From Lysobacterales bacterium (GTDB lineage: Bacteria > Pseudomonadota > Gammaproteobacteria > Xanthomonadales > Xanthomonadaceae): a stretch of 64,000 bases of DNA. The notes beneath the pieces are model-generated. The model was not told the origin of the DNA. It made no database searches and was given only the letters and a program-made list of their open reading frames with translations. The position numbers were made by a program, and so were the translations under genes. Where the stretch lies: the NCBI GenBank assembly GCA_038248955.1, contig JBBRWW010000001.1, forward strand, positions 25-64,024, written 5' to 3'. Numbering within the stretch: position 1 is the first letter of the stretch; each line of letters opens with the position of its first letter. Positions 22,374 to 33,320 of this stretch are shown one piece after another.

Positions 22374-23177
22374 ATGCGAGTTCTGGTCAGCAACGACGAC
22401 GGTGTCGACGCACCTGGTATCCGGATCCTTGCCGAAGGGCTGCGCGCCGCCGGCCACGAGGTGCTCGTGGTGGCGCCCGATCGCGACCGCTCCGGCGCCA
22501 GCAATTCGCTGACCCTGGACATGCCGGTGCGCGTGGTCAAACTCGATGCGTCGACGTGGCGCGTGCACGGCACGCCCACCGACTGCGTTCATGTCGCGAT
22601 CACCGGCATGCTGGAGGTCGAGCCCGACCTGGTGGTGTCGGGCATCAACAACACCGCCAACCTGGGCGATGACCTGATCTATTCGGGCACCGTCGCCGCG
22701 GCGATGGAGGGGCGGTTCCTCGGGTTGCCTGCGGTCGCGGTCTCCCTGGTCACCGCCGACCACGTCGGCAGGCACTACGAGACCGCGGCGCGCGCGGCGG
22801 TCGAGATCATCGCCCGGCTCAAGGCCGAGCCGCTGCCAGCCGACACCATCCTCAACGTCAACGTGCCGGACCTGGCCTGGGACGATGTCGCGGGATTCGA
22901 GGTCACGCGACTGGGCAACCGCCATCGCGCCGAAGCCTGCACGCCGCAACGCGACCCCCGGGGCAGGCAATGGTGGTGGATCGGCGCGGCCGGCCGCGAG
23001 CAGGATGCCGGCGCCGGCACGGATTTCGACGCGGTGCGCCGCGGCTGCATCTCGATCACCCCGATCCACGTCGACCTGACGCGCTTCCAGGCCCTTGAGC
23101 AGGTAGCCAGCTGGGTCGATGGCCTGGCGGCGTCGCTGCGCCCACCGGCGTCGACCGCCATCGGCGACGCGTCGTGA
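22374..23177 (+). CDS. surE: 5'/3'-nucleotidase SurE
   Basis: [16 protein letters not shown]...[10 protein letters not shown], from the internal ATG of ORF 22047..23177. Confidence 0.93.
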   Translation: MRVLVSNDDGVDAPGIRILAEGLRAAGHEVLVVAPDRDRSGASNSLTLDMPVRVVKLDASTWRVHGTPTDCVHVAITGMLEVEPDLVVSGINNTANLGDDLIYSGTVAAAMEGRFLGLPAVAVSLVTADHVGRHYETAARAAVEIIARLKAEPLPADTILNVNVPDLAWDDVAGFEVTRLGNRHRAEACTPQRDPRGRQWWWIGAAGREQDAGAGTDFDAVRRGCISITPIHVDLTRFQALEQVASWVDGLAASLRPPASTAIGDAS

Positions 23178-23866
23178 GCCTGCGCATGCGCCTGCAGCCG
23201 GAAGCGATCGGTTCCGGCCTCACCTCGCAACGGGTGCGCGACCGGCTGGTCGACCGCCTGCGCGCGGGCACCCATGAAGGCGGCGGCATCGTCGACGAGC
23301 GCGTCCTCAACGCGATCCGCACCGTGCCGCGCCACCTGTTCGTCGACGAGGCGTTGGCCACTCGCGCCTACGAAGACACCGCGCTGCCCATAGGCCATGG
23401 CCAGACGATCTCGCAGCCGTGGGTCGTGGCCAAGATGACCGAAGCGCTGCTGGAAACCCATCCGCTCAAGGTGCTGGAAATCGGTACCGGCTCCGGTTAC
23501 CAGGCCGCCGTGCTGGCCGCGCTCGGGCTGGAGGTGCACACGATCGAGCGCATCGGCGAACTACTGCGCACCGCGCGCAAGCGCTTCCGCCAGCTCGGCA
23601 TGAACGTCCGCAGCAAGCACGACGATGGCCGCATCGGCTGGCCGGAGAACGGGCCGTTCGACGCGATCATCGTCACCGCCGCGGCGCCGACGCTCGTCGA
23701 CGCGCTGACCGCGCAGCTGGCGCCGGGCGGCTGCCTGATCGCGCCGGTCGGCGCTTCGTCGTCGCAATCGCTGCTCAGGCTGACCAAGGACGCCGATGGC
23801 CGGGTGTCGCAACAGGTGCTCGCGCCGGTGGTGTTCGTGCCGCTGCTGTCGGGGATGATCGATTGA
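23174..23866 (+). CDS. pcm: protein-L-isoaspartate O-methyltransferase
   Basis: TISQPWVVA...[16 protein letters not shown]. The GTG at 23174 overlaps the surE stop; the ATG at 23186 is an alternative start. Confidence 0.9.
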   Translation: MSLRMRLQPEAIGSGLTSQRVRDRLVDRLRAGTHEGGGIVDERVLNAIRTVPRHLFVDEALATRAYEDTALPIGHGQTISQPWVVAKMTEALLETHPLKVLEIGTGSGYQAAVLAALGLEVHTIERIGELLRTARKRFRQLGMNVRSKHDDGRIGWPENGPFDAIIVTAAAPTLVDALTAQLAPGGCLIAPVGASSSQSLLRLTKDADGRVSQQVLAPVVFVPLLSGMID

Positions 23867-23885
23867 CGGCGCACGGGGAAACGCA

Positions 23886-24500
23886 TTGAAGCTATTTGGG
23901 CCTTTGTACGAACGCACCCTGGTCTGGTCGCGACACCGACGCGCGCCCGCGCTGTTGACCGGCCTGAGCTTCGCCGAGGCGGTGGTGTTCCCGGTGCCGC
24001 CGGAAGTGATGCTGGCGCCGATGTCGCTGTCGCAGCCCGACCGGGCCTTCTGGTTCGCGACGTTGAGCCTGCTGGGCTCGCTGGCGGGCGCCATGCTGGG
24101 CTACGCGCTCGGCCATTTCGCCTACGAACTGATCAAGCCGCTGTTCGCGGCGCTGGGCTGGATCGAACGGATCGATGCCCAGGTCGCCTACCTGCGCGAG
24201 GTTGCCGCGCAGTCGCCGTGGAAGGCGTTCTGGATCCTGGTGATCGCCGGCTTCACGCCGATACCTTTGAAGGTCTTCACCTGGGCGGCCGGCATCGTCG
24301 GCGTGCCGTTCCTGCCGTTCATGGCCAGCATGGCCGTCGGCCGTGGCAAGCGCGTGTACCTCGTTGCGCTGGCGATCCGCCTCGGCGGCGTGCGCGCGGA
24401 GGCGGCCCTGCGCCGCTTCATCGAACCGATCGGCTGGATGGCGATGGCGCTGCTCGGCGCGGCGGTGGCATGGCTGGTCTGGAGGGCGCAACAGGGATGA
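23886..24500 (+). CDS. YqaA/DedA-type (SNARE-associated) membrane protein
   Basis: FAEAVVFPVPPEVMLAPM...GFTPIPLKVFTWAAG is YqaA-like. TTG start. Confidence 0.7.
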   Translation: MKLFGPLYERTLVWSRHRRAPALLTGLSFAEAVVFPVPPEVMLAPMSLSQPDRAFWFATLSLLGSLAGAMLGYALGHFAYELIKPLFAALGWIERIDAQVAYLREVAAQSPWKAFWILVIAGFTPIPLKVFTWAAGIVGVPFLPFMASMAVGRGKRVYLVALAIRLGGVRAEAALRRFIEPIGWMAMALLGAAVAWLVWRAQQG

Positions 24501-25237
24501 GAAAATTGCGGATCATCGTGGCCAGCGCGTTGGCACTGTCCTTAATGGCGTGTTCCAGCGCCGTCGTGCGCGACGCCAACACCCGTGCAGCCAGCGTGGC
24601 CAAACCCGGCGCGACCACACTGGTTCAACGCGGTGACAACCTGTACCGCATCGCGACCAGCAACGGCATCGCGGTCGGCGATCTGGCCGCGTGGAATGGC
24701 ATCCCGATGCCCTACACCATCTACCCGGGACAGCGCCTGCGCCTGTATCCGCAGGCCGCTGGCCATCGCGCCGACTCCGTGCACAGCTCCCCGGCCAGTG
24801 CTCCCAGCCGCCCTCGCACTGTTTCGGCCGCGCCCGCTGCCCCCGCCGCGGCGCCGCTCGCCAGCGGCGTCGCCTGGCGCTGGCCCGCGGACGGGCAACT
24901 GCTCAGCCGTTACGTCGCGGGCGAGCCCACCCGGCAAGGCGTCGACATCGCCGGCAGCGGCGGGTCGCCGGTGCGAGCCGCAGGAGACGGCGTGGTGGTG
25001 TATTCGGGCTCGGGCCTGGTCGGCTACGGGGAGTTGATCATCATCAAGCACAACGATGCCTGGTTGTCGGCCTACGGCCACAACCGCAATCGGCTGGTCA
25101 ACGAAGGCCAGTTGGTGAAAGCCGGCCAGCAGATCGCGGAAATGGGCCGCAGTGGCGCCCCGCGGGACATGCTGCACTTCGAGGTGCGGTACAACGGCAA
25201 GCCAGTCGACCCGCTGCAGTACCTGCCTGATCGCTGA
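24497..25237 (+). CDS. nlpD: LysM-M23 murein hydrolase activator lipoprotein NlpD
   Basis: Lipobox LMAC. LysM VQRGDNLYRIATSNGIAVGDLAAWNGI. M23 block GVDIAG..GSPVRAAGDGVVVYSG...IIIKHNDAWLSAYGHN. ATGA overlap with the preceding gene. Confidence 0.9.
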   Translation: MRKLRIIVASALALSLMACSSAVVRDANTRAASVAKPGATTLVQRGDNLYRIATSNGIAVGDLAAWNGIPMPYTIYPGQRLRLYPQAAGHRADSVHSSPASAPSRPRTVSAAPAAPAAAPLASGVAWRWPADGQLLSRYVAGEPTRQGVDIAGSGGSPVRAAGDGVVVYSGSGLVGYGELIIIKHNDAWLSAYGHNRNRLVNEGQLVKAGQQIAEMGRSGAPRDMLHFEVRYNGKPVDPLQYLPDR

Positions 25238-25313
25238 GCGCCGCCGCCTACCTGCCTGGTGCGTGGCGCGGAAACGGGGGGGCGGTGCCGGCGATGGCAC
25301 CGTTGCCGCGCAT

Positions 25314-25688
25314 CTAGGGCTTCAGGATGAACCCGGCGACAACACGCCGGCCCTCGCCGGCCAGTACGTTGAACGTGCGCGCCGCCGCGGCATTCGTCAT
25401 GACCTCCAGGCCGATGCCACGGGCCAGGCACGCCGCCATGGTCGCAGCAGGCGGAAATACCTGGGTCGCGCCGCTGCCAAGCAGGATCACCTCGGGCAAC
25501 AGCGCGAGAATCGGCTGCATCTGCTCGGCGCTCAGGGTCCGCGCGTCGGCAACGGGCCAGTCTTCCAGCAACTTATCGGGTGCCAGCACGAAACTCGACG
25601 TCAGGTGCCGGTCGTTGACAAGTGCGGCCTGGCCGTCGGCGCCGCGCAGGTAGTACTCGTGGTCGGGACGTTCAAGCGTGAGGTGCAT
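25314..25688 (-). CDS. Mth938-like (DUF498/NDUFAF3-like) domain protein
   Basis: 124 aa. PEVILLGSGATQVFPP...GIGLEVMTNAAAARTFNVLAGEGRRVVAGF is the typical family signature. Confidence 0.7.
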   Translation of the reverse strand: MHLTLERPDHEYYLRGADGQAALVNDRHLTSSFVLAPDKLLEDWPVADARTLSAEQMQPILALLPEVILLGSGATQVFPPAATMAACLARGIGLEVMTNAAAARTFNVLAGEGRRVVAGFILKP

Positions 25689-25721
25689 GGCGCAATCCGA
25701 TCGGTCCGGCCGCAGCGGGAT

Positions 25722-26027
25722 TCAGGACCGTGGCAATACGATCTGCCGCTTGTCCTTGCTGGGGCGATACAGCACTGCCGTGTGGCCGATGCGCTGCACC
25801 AGTGCGGCGCCGGTGCGTTCGGCAATCTGGGCGATGGCGCCGTCGCGAACGTCGCGGTCTTCGGCGCCGACCTTGATCTTGATCAGTTCGTGGTGTTCGA
25901 GTGCTAGGTCGATCTCGGCGACCAGGGTGTCGCTGATGCCCTTGGCGCCGACTTGCAGCATGGCCTTCAGGTCGTGTGCCTGGCCGCGCAGGAAACGGGT
26001 CTGGGCGGAGGTCAGGGCGGTGGGCAT
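25722..26027 (-). CDS. yhbY: ribosome assembly RNA-binding protein YhbY (CRM domain)
   Basis: LTSAQTRFLRGQAHDLKAMLQVGAKGISDTLVAEIDLALEHHELIKIKV. Divergent from rlmE, as in other gamma-proteobacteria. Confidence 0.88.
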   Translation of the reverse strand: MPTALTSAQTRFLRGQAHDLKAMLQVGAKGISDTLVAEIDLALEHHELIKIKVGAEDRDVRDGAIAQIAERTGAALVQRIGHTAVLYRPSKDKRQIVLPRS

Positions 26028-26109
26028 CGGGCACGCAAGCGAGTCATACAGGGAGGGCAGGGTATCATGGCGGCACTGTTCCCTCCGCAGTTTTCTGGCT
26101 CCGACCCCC

Positions 26110-26742
26110 ATGGCAACACGCAGCATCAGCAGCCAACGTTGGCTGAAGGAACACCATTCCGACCCCTTCGTGAAGAAGGCGAGGGCCGAGGGACTGCGTT
26201 CGCGCGCCGCCTACAAGCTCGAGGAACTGGTGGAGCGCGATCGGCTGCTCAAGCCGGGCATGGTCATCGTCGACCTCGGGGCCGCCCCCGGGGGCTGGTC
26301 GCAATGGGTGCGCAAGGCGCTCGGCGACAGCGGCCGGGTAGTCGCACTGGACATCCTGGAAATGCCGACGCTTGCCGGGGTCGAGTTCCTTCACGGTGAT
26401 TTCCGTCAAGAAGAAGTGTTGGCGCAGCTGGTGGAGACCTTGAACGGCAAGCAGGTGGACCTTGTGCTGTCGGATATGGCCCCCAATAAGAGCGGTGTGG
26501 GTGCGGTGGACATGCCGCGGGCGATGTACCTGTGCGAGCTGGCGATGGAATTCGCCGACCTGCACCTGCGTACGGATGGCAACTTCCTGATCAAGCTGTT
26601 CCAGGGGGTTGGGTTCGACGACTACGTGAAGGAGCTGCGCCGGCGGTACGCCAAGGTGTCCATGCGCAAGCCCGAGGCCTCGCGAAAGCGGTCGCCGGAG
26701 GTGTATGCGCTGGCCCAGGGCAAGCGGGCGGTGATGAAGTAG
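26110..26742 (+). CDS. rlmE: 23S rRNA (uridine2552-2'-O)-methyltransferase RlmE/FtsJ
   Basis: SQRWLKEHHSDPFVKKA...VVDLGAAPGGWSQ...LSDMAPN, from the internal ATG of ORF 25678..26742. Confidence 0.93.
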   Translation: MATRSISSQRWLKEHHSDPFVKKARAEGLRSRAAYKLEELVERDRLLKPGMVIVDLGAAPGGWSQWVRKALGDSGRVVALDILEMPTLAGVEFLHGDFRQEEVLAQLVETLNGKQVDLVLSDMAPNKSGVGAVDMPRAMYLCELAMEFADLHLRTDGNFLIKLFQGVGFDDYVKELRRRYAKVSMRKPEASRKRSPEVYALAQGKRAVMK

Positions 26743-26804
26743 CGGTTTCCGGGCAATCAGCGGACCAACGATTTTTTTAGCCTTGTGGGCGGACGGATAA
26801 ATAG

Positions 26805-28706
<1,902 letters not shown>

Positions 28707-28733
28707 TCGCTCGGCGATCGGCATGTGTCACAA

Positions 28734-28762
28734 GAGACGGCTTCGGCCGTCTCCTTTGTTTG
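28734..28762 (+). terminator. rho-independent terminator after ftsH
   Basis: gagacggc-ttcg-gccgtctc followed by ctttgtttg. Confidence 0.6.
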
Positions 28763-28801
28763 CAGCGGTCATTCCGGTCAATCGTTGAACAGGGTCGTCC
28801 C

Positions 28802-29041
28802 ATGGGCATCGCGTTCTGGGTTCGACGCTTCGTCGTCGTCTTCGCCGGAGCTTTTGTGGTGATCGCGACGGCGCAAGGTCTCAAGGGTCACCCGAAGGCA
28901 CAGGCGGCCGGCGTGGGCCTCGTCTGGGCCGCCGTTTCAGCCACGGTTTTCGTCGCCTCGCGCATCGTCCAGTCGCGGCGGGGCCAGCACTGCGAGCTCT
29001 GCCGGGACACGCCCCAGATGCAGAAGCCTCCGCGCGCGTGA
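28802..29041 (+). CDS. small hypothetical membrane protein (79 aa) with a C-terminal CxxC
   Basis: Internal start MGIAFWVRRFVVVFAGAFVVIATA. Two hydrophobic helices, then HCELCRD. Confidence 0.45.
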   Translation: MGIAFWVRRFVVVFAGAFVVIATAQGLKGHPKAQAAGVGLVWAAVSATVFVASRIVQSRRGQHCELCRDTPQMQKPPRA

Positions 29042-29114
29042 GCACAGCGGTTCGCCGCGCAAGGCGTCACGCTTGCTAGGCTGGTCGGCATCCGATCGAT
29101 CGGGAATCCCTGCC

Positions 29115-30014
29115 ATGTTCGACACCACGCCCGCGCTGGACTGCCACGGCCGCGTCCTGATCCTCGATCGGCCGCGGGTGATGGGCATCGTCAACGTCAC
29201 CCCGGACTCGTTCTCCGATGGTGGTGCCCACGACACGCTTGAGGCCGCCGTCGCGCACGGCCTGCGCTTGGCCGGGGAGGGCGCCGACCTGCTCGATGTG
29301 GGCGGCGAGTCGACCCGCCCCGGTGCGGACGCGGTTGGCGTCGAGGAGGAGTTGCGGCGGGTGATCCCGGTGATCCAGCGCCTCGCGCGCGAAACAGCCC
29401 TGCCGATCAGCATCGACACGTCCAAGCCCGAGGTGATGCGTGCGGCGGTCGCCGCCGGCGCCGGCATGATCAACGACGTCCATGCGCTGCGCCGCGACGG
29501 CGCGCTCGATGCGGCGGCCTCGCTCGGCGTGCCGGTCGTGCTGATGCACATGCAGGGCGAACCGCGCGACATGCAGTCCACGCCGGCTTACGACGACGTC
29601 GTGGCGGAGGTGTATCGATTCCTGGCCGAACGGATCTTCGCGGCCGAGATGGCGGGGATCGCCAAGAAGCAACTCGTGGTCGACCCCGGGTTTGGATTCG
29701 GCAAGAGCCTCGCCCACAACCTGGCGCTGCTGGCGCAGTTCCAACGTTTCGGCGAGTTGGGGGTGGCGCTGATGGCGGGTTTTTCCCGCAAGAAGAGCAT
29801 CGGTGAACTGACTGGTCGCGAAGATCCGCTTGCGCGCGTACACGGCTCGGTCGCCGCGCACCTGATCGCCGCGCAACGCGGGGCGAACCTGCTGCGCGTG
29901 CACGACGTGGCCGCGACGGTCGATGCCATCAAGGTGTGGCAGGCGGTGGCTGCGATGCCGACGCCAAGGACGCGCCCGGCGACGGCCGCTCCTCGCTGGC
30001 TGGATGACGATTGA
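29115..30014 (+). CDS. folP: dihydropteroate synthase
   Basis: VMGIVNVTPDSFSDGG...DVGGESTRPGA...LRVHDV. Confidence 0.93.
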   Translation: MFDTTPALDCHGRVLILDRPRVMGIVNVTPDSFSDGGAHDTLEAAVAHGLRLAGEGADLLDVGGESTRPGADAVGVEEELRRVIPVIQRLARETALPISIDTSKPEVMRAAVAAGAGMINDVHALRRDGALDAAASLGVPVVLMHMQGEPRDMQSTPAYDDVVAEVYRFLAERIFAAEMAGIAKKQLVVDPGFGFGKSLAHNLALLAQFQRFGELGVALMAGFSRKKSIGELTGREDPLARVHGSVAAHLIAAQRGANLLRVHDVAATVDAIKVWQAVAAMPTPRTRPATAAPRWLDDD

Positions 30015-30066
30015 GCATGGCGTCAGCGCGGGTGGTTTCGCGCGCCGTCCCGTGCGTCGCTGGCCC

Positions 30067-30170
30067 TTGGACAAATATTCACCAATGCGACTGCGGGTCC
30101 CTGTGGGCCTGCGCCTCAGTCACTTGTCCACAGCTTCCCTTCGGCGCTTGTCCACAGGCGCTGTGTACAA
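30067..30170. promoter_or_regulatory. cluster of four DnaA-box-like 9-mers / imperfect inverted repeat upstream of putP
   Basis: TTTGTCCAA (reverse strand, 30067-30075). TTGTCCACA (30124-30132) and TTGTCCACA (30148-30156), each inside an identical 11-mer CTTGTCCACAG. TTGTACACA (reverse strand, 30162-30170). The last two also form the imperfect inverted repeat TGTCCACAG-gcg-CTGTGTACA. Confidence 0.35.
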
Positions 30171-30238
30171 CCCCGGATGCCCCGAAAGGTCATGGCAGGT
30201 AAGCTGGGGGATTGGCTGCTAATGGCCCAAGGGGATTC

Positions 30239-31747
30239 ATGACCGCCAGCATGCCGCTGATCACCACGTTCTCCGTCTACCTGATCGCGATGCTGCTGAT
30301 CGGCTATGTCGCGTGGCGCAGGACCAAGAATTTCGACGACTACATCCTGGGTGGTCGCTCGCTGGGCGCGTTCGTGATCGCGCTCTCCGCCGGTGCCTCG
30401 GACATGAGCGGCTGGCTGCTGATGGGCCTGCCGGGTGCGCTGTATCTCGGTGGTGTTTCCGAGGCCTGGATCGCGATTGGCCTGGTCGCCGGTGCATGGC
30501 TGAACTGGAAATTCGTCGCGGGTCCGCTGCGGGTCTATACCGAGCGTGCCGACAACGCCTTGACGCTTCCCGACTACTTCACGAATCGCTTTCACGATCA
30601 CAGTCGACTGTTGAGGGTGCTGTCGGCGGTGGTGATCCTGGTGTTTTTCGCGGTGTATTGCGCCTCGGGCATGGTCGCTGGAGCGCGGCTGTTCGAGAGC
30701 GTGTTCGACGTGCCGTACGCGCAGGCGATCTGGTACGGCGCAGCCGTGACGATCCTGTACACCATGGTGGGCGGCTTCCTCGCGGTCAGTTGGACTGATT
30801 CGGCGCAGGGGACCTTGATGTTCTTTGCATTGCTCCTCACGCCGGTGACCGTGGTGATGGCCAATGGCGGGTTTGATGCGAGCATCCAGCTGATCGAGCA
30901 AGTCGACCGGTCGAAACTGGACTGGTTCCGGGGCGGTTCGCTGGGTTGGGTGGGCGTCGTCTCGCTGGTTGCGTGGGGATTGGGGTACTTCGGCCAGCCG
31001 CATATCCTGGCCCGATTCATGGCGGCCGACAGCATTGCCACCATCCCCAACGCGCGCCGCATCGGCATGGGCTGGATGATCCTGTGCCTGGCCGGTTCGC
31101 TCACCGTCGGCCTGGCCGGCATCACCTATTTCGCGGCCAATCCTGACGTCGCAGGTCCCGTGCGCGCGAACTCCGAGCGGGTCTTCATCACCCTGGTCGA
31201 ACATCTGTTCAATCCGTGGGTGGCCGGCATCCTGTTGTCGGCGATCCTGGCCGCCGTCATGAGCACGCTGTCCAGCCAATTGCTCGTGTGCTCCAGCGTG
31301 CTGTCCGAGGATTTCTACCGCGGCTTCGTGCGCAAGCAGGCGAGCCAGCGCGAACTGGTCTGGGTGGGACGTTTTTCCGTGGCCGGGGTCGCGCTGGTGG
31401 CGATGTGGCTCGCCCGCTACCCCGACAGCCGCGTGCTGGGCCTGGTCAGTTACGCATGGGCCGGGTTCGGCGCGGCGTTCGGGCCGGTGGTGTTGCTGTC
31501 GCTGTTCTGGCAACGCATGACGCGCAACGGCGCCGTGGCCGGGGTCGTGGCAGGCGCGGTTACCGTGATTGCCTGGAAGCAGATTGCTATCGGACAGTTC
31601 GGGATGGAACTCTACGAAATCGTGCCGGGTTTCGTCGCGGCCACGATCGCGATCATCGTGGTCAGCCGACTCGACCGCGAGCCCTCGCAGGAGATCCAGG
31701 CAGTGCACCAGCAGGTGCACGCGTCCCTGCGCGAGACAGGCTACTGA
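30239..31747 (+). CDS. putP: sodium/proline symporter
   Basis: SSS family: DDYILGGRSLGAFVIALSAGASDMSGWLLMGLPGALY. About 500 aa with multiple transmembrane helices. Confidence 0.9.
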   Translation: MTASMPLITTFSVYLIAMLLIGYVAWRRTKNFDDYILGGRSLGAFVIALSAGASDMSGWLLMGLPGALYLGGVSEAWIAIGLVAGAWLNWKFVAGPLRVYTERADNALTLPDYFTNRFHDHSRLLRVLSAVVILVFFAVYCASGMVAGARLFESVFDVPYAQAIWYGAAVTILYTMVGGFLAVSWTDSAQGTLMFFALLLTPVTVVMANGGFDASIQLIEQVDRSKLDWFRGGSLGWVGVVSLVAWGLGYFGQPHILARFMAADSIATIPNARRIGMGWMILCLAGSLTVGLAGITYFAANPDVAGPVRANSERVFITLVEHLFNPWVAGILLSAILAAVMSTLSSQLLVCSSVLSEDFYRGFVRKQASQRELVWVGRFSVAGVALVAMWLARYPDSRVLGLVSYAWAGFGAAFGPVVLLSLFWQRMTRNGAVAGVVAGAVTVIAWKQIAIGQFGMELYEIVPGFVAATIAIIVVSRLDREPSQEIQAVHQQVHASLRETGY

Positions 31748-31803
31748 AGCGCGCCGGCCGATGATCTCGTGACCATGCCGCCTTGCAGCCCCGCGGTGAG
31801 CCG

Positions 31804-32775
31804 ATGAACGACCATCGTCCCCTAGCAATCGCGCTGATGGGCCCGACGGCATCGGGCAAGACGGCGTTGGCGCTCGAGTGGGCAACGCGCCTGGGCGGCG
31901 AGATCATCAGCGTCGATTCGGCGCTGGTGTATCGCGGCCTCGACATCGGCGCGGCCAAGCCCAGCGCGGACGAACGGACGCAGGTGCCGCACCACCTGAT
32001 CGATCTGCGCGAGCCGTGGCAGCCTTATTCCGCCGCCGAGTTCGCCATCGATGCGCGCCGATCGCTCGACGACATCGCCGAGCGCGGCCGGCTGCCGATT
32101 CTCGCCGGCGGCACCGGTCTGTATTTCCGCGCATTGCTCAGCGGCCTGTCGCCGATGCCCGAGGCCGACCCCGCGACCCGCATCGCGCTCGCCGCCGAAG
32201 CCGCAGCACATGGCTGGGCCGCGTTGCATGCCGATCTGGCGCTCATCGACCCGGCGGCGGCGGCGCGTATCCATGCCACGGATGCACAGCGCATACAGCG
32301 CGCCCTCGAGGTCCATCGCTTGTCCGGCCGCTCGATCAGCGAGTGGCACCGCGACGCGCGCGCGCAGGCCCGGCTGCCGTACCGGGTGCTGAAGCTGGTG
32401 CTGGCCCCTGCCGATCGCGCGGTATTGCACGGCCGGATCGAGCAGCGCTTCGACGCCATGCTCGCCGCGGGATTCCTCGACGAGGTCGAGCGCCTGCGCG
32501 CATTGCCGGCGCTGCGGGCGCTCCCGCGGCCGCTGGAACTGCCGGCGCTGCGCGCGGTGGGCTACCGGCAGGCGTGGGAGCATCTCGACGGCCAAAGCGA
32601 CACCGGCACGTTCCGCGACCGCGCGATCTTCGCCACCCGTCAGCTTGCCAAGCGCCAACTCACCTGGCTGCGCGGTGAACTCGACGCGCGCTGGTTCGAT
32701 CCGGGTGCCCAGCGGCCGGACCTGGAGCGCGCGCTGGCGATGTTCGTCGACGGCGCCTGGCCGCGTTCGGGCTGA
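31804..32775 (+). CDS. miaA: tRNA dimethylallyltransferase
   Basis: P-loop [31 protein letters not shown], and VPHHLID. Confidence 0.93.
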   Translation: MNDHRPLAIALMGPTASGKTALALEWATRLGGEIISVDSALVYRGLDIGAAKPSADERTQVPHHLIDLREPWQPYSAAEFAIDARRSLDDIAERGRLPILAGGTGLYFRALLSGLSPMPEADPATRIALAAEAAAHGWAALHADLALIDPAAAARIHATDAQRIQRALEVHRLSGRSISEWHRDARAQARLPYRVLKLVLAPADRAVLHGRIEQRFDAMLAAGFLDEVERLRALPALRALPRPLELPALRAVGYRQAWEHLDGQSDTGTFRDRAIFATRQLAKRQLTWLRGELDARWFDPGAQRPDLERALAMFVDGAWPRSG

Positions 32776-32947
32776 GCGGACAACGCACTTGGCCCGGCGC
32801 GGCGGGCGTTGGCCCAGTTGCGCTACCATCGGCGCATCGCTGCCTTGGGGACACTCGCGGCGATGCGGCAGCTTCGTGGCGGGTTCGAAACCACCTGTCT
32901 CCGCGCATTTTTCACTCATAACTAGAACCATGCTGGGGAAACATTCG

Positions 32948-33235
32948 ATGTCTAAGGGGCAATCTTTGCAGGATCCTTTCCTGAACGCACTGCGCCGGGA
33001 GCGCATTCCGGTTTCGGTCTACCTCGTCAACGGCATCAAGTTGCAGGGCACGATCGAGTCGTTCGACCAGTTCGTGGTGCTGTTGCGCAGCACGGTCAGC
33101 CAGATGGTCTACAAGCACGCGATTTCGACCGTGGTGCCGGCGCGCAACGTCCGGGTCGGTCCGGGCGGGGTGGCGCCGACGTTCGGTGGCGACGACGACG
33201 ACGACAACGGCGCTGTCCATGACGACGCCGAGTGA
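32948..33235 (+). CDS. hfq: RNA chaperone Hfq
   Basis: [46 protein letters not shown]...[10 protein letters not shown] (Sm1/Sm2). Acidic C-terminal tail. Confidence 0.97.
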   Translation: MSKGQSLQDPFLNALRRERIPVSVYLVNGIKLQGTIESFDQFVVLLRSTVSQMVYKHAISTVVPARNVRVGPGGVAPTFGGDDDDDNGAVHDDAE

Positions 33236-33320
33236 GTTTGCGGCGCGCACTTGCGTTCGGCCCCAACCGGCACCAAATCCCGGGGCATGATCCCGTCATG
33301 CCTCACGGAGCACCACGCGC

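Noticed and set aside
30067-30170. DnaA-box-like cluster read as a chromosomal replication origin
   Set aside because: There is no adjacent AT-rich unwinding element. No dnaA, dnaN, gidA or parAB genes are nearby, and there are only four boxes. It is kept as a possible regulatory or titration site, not called as oriC.
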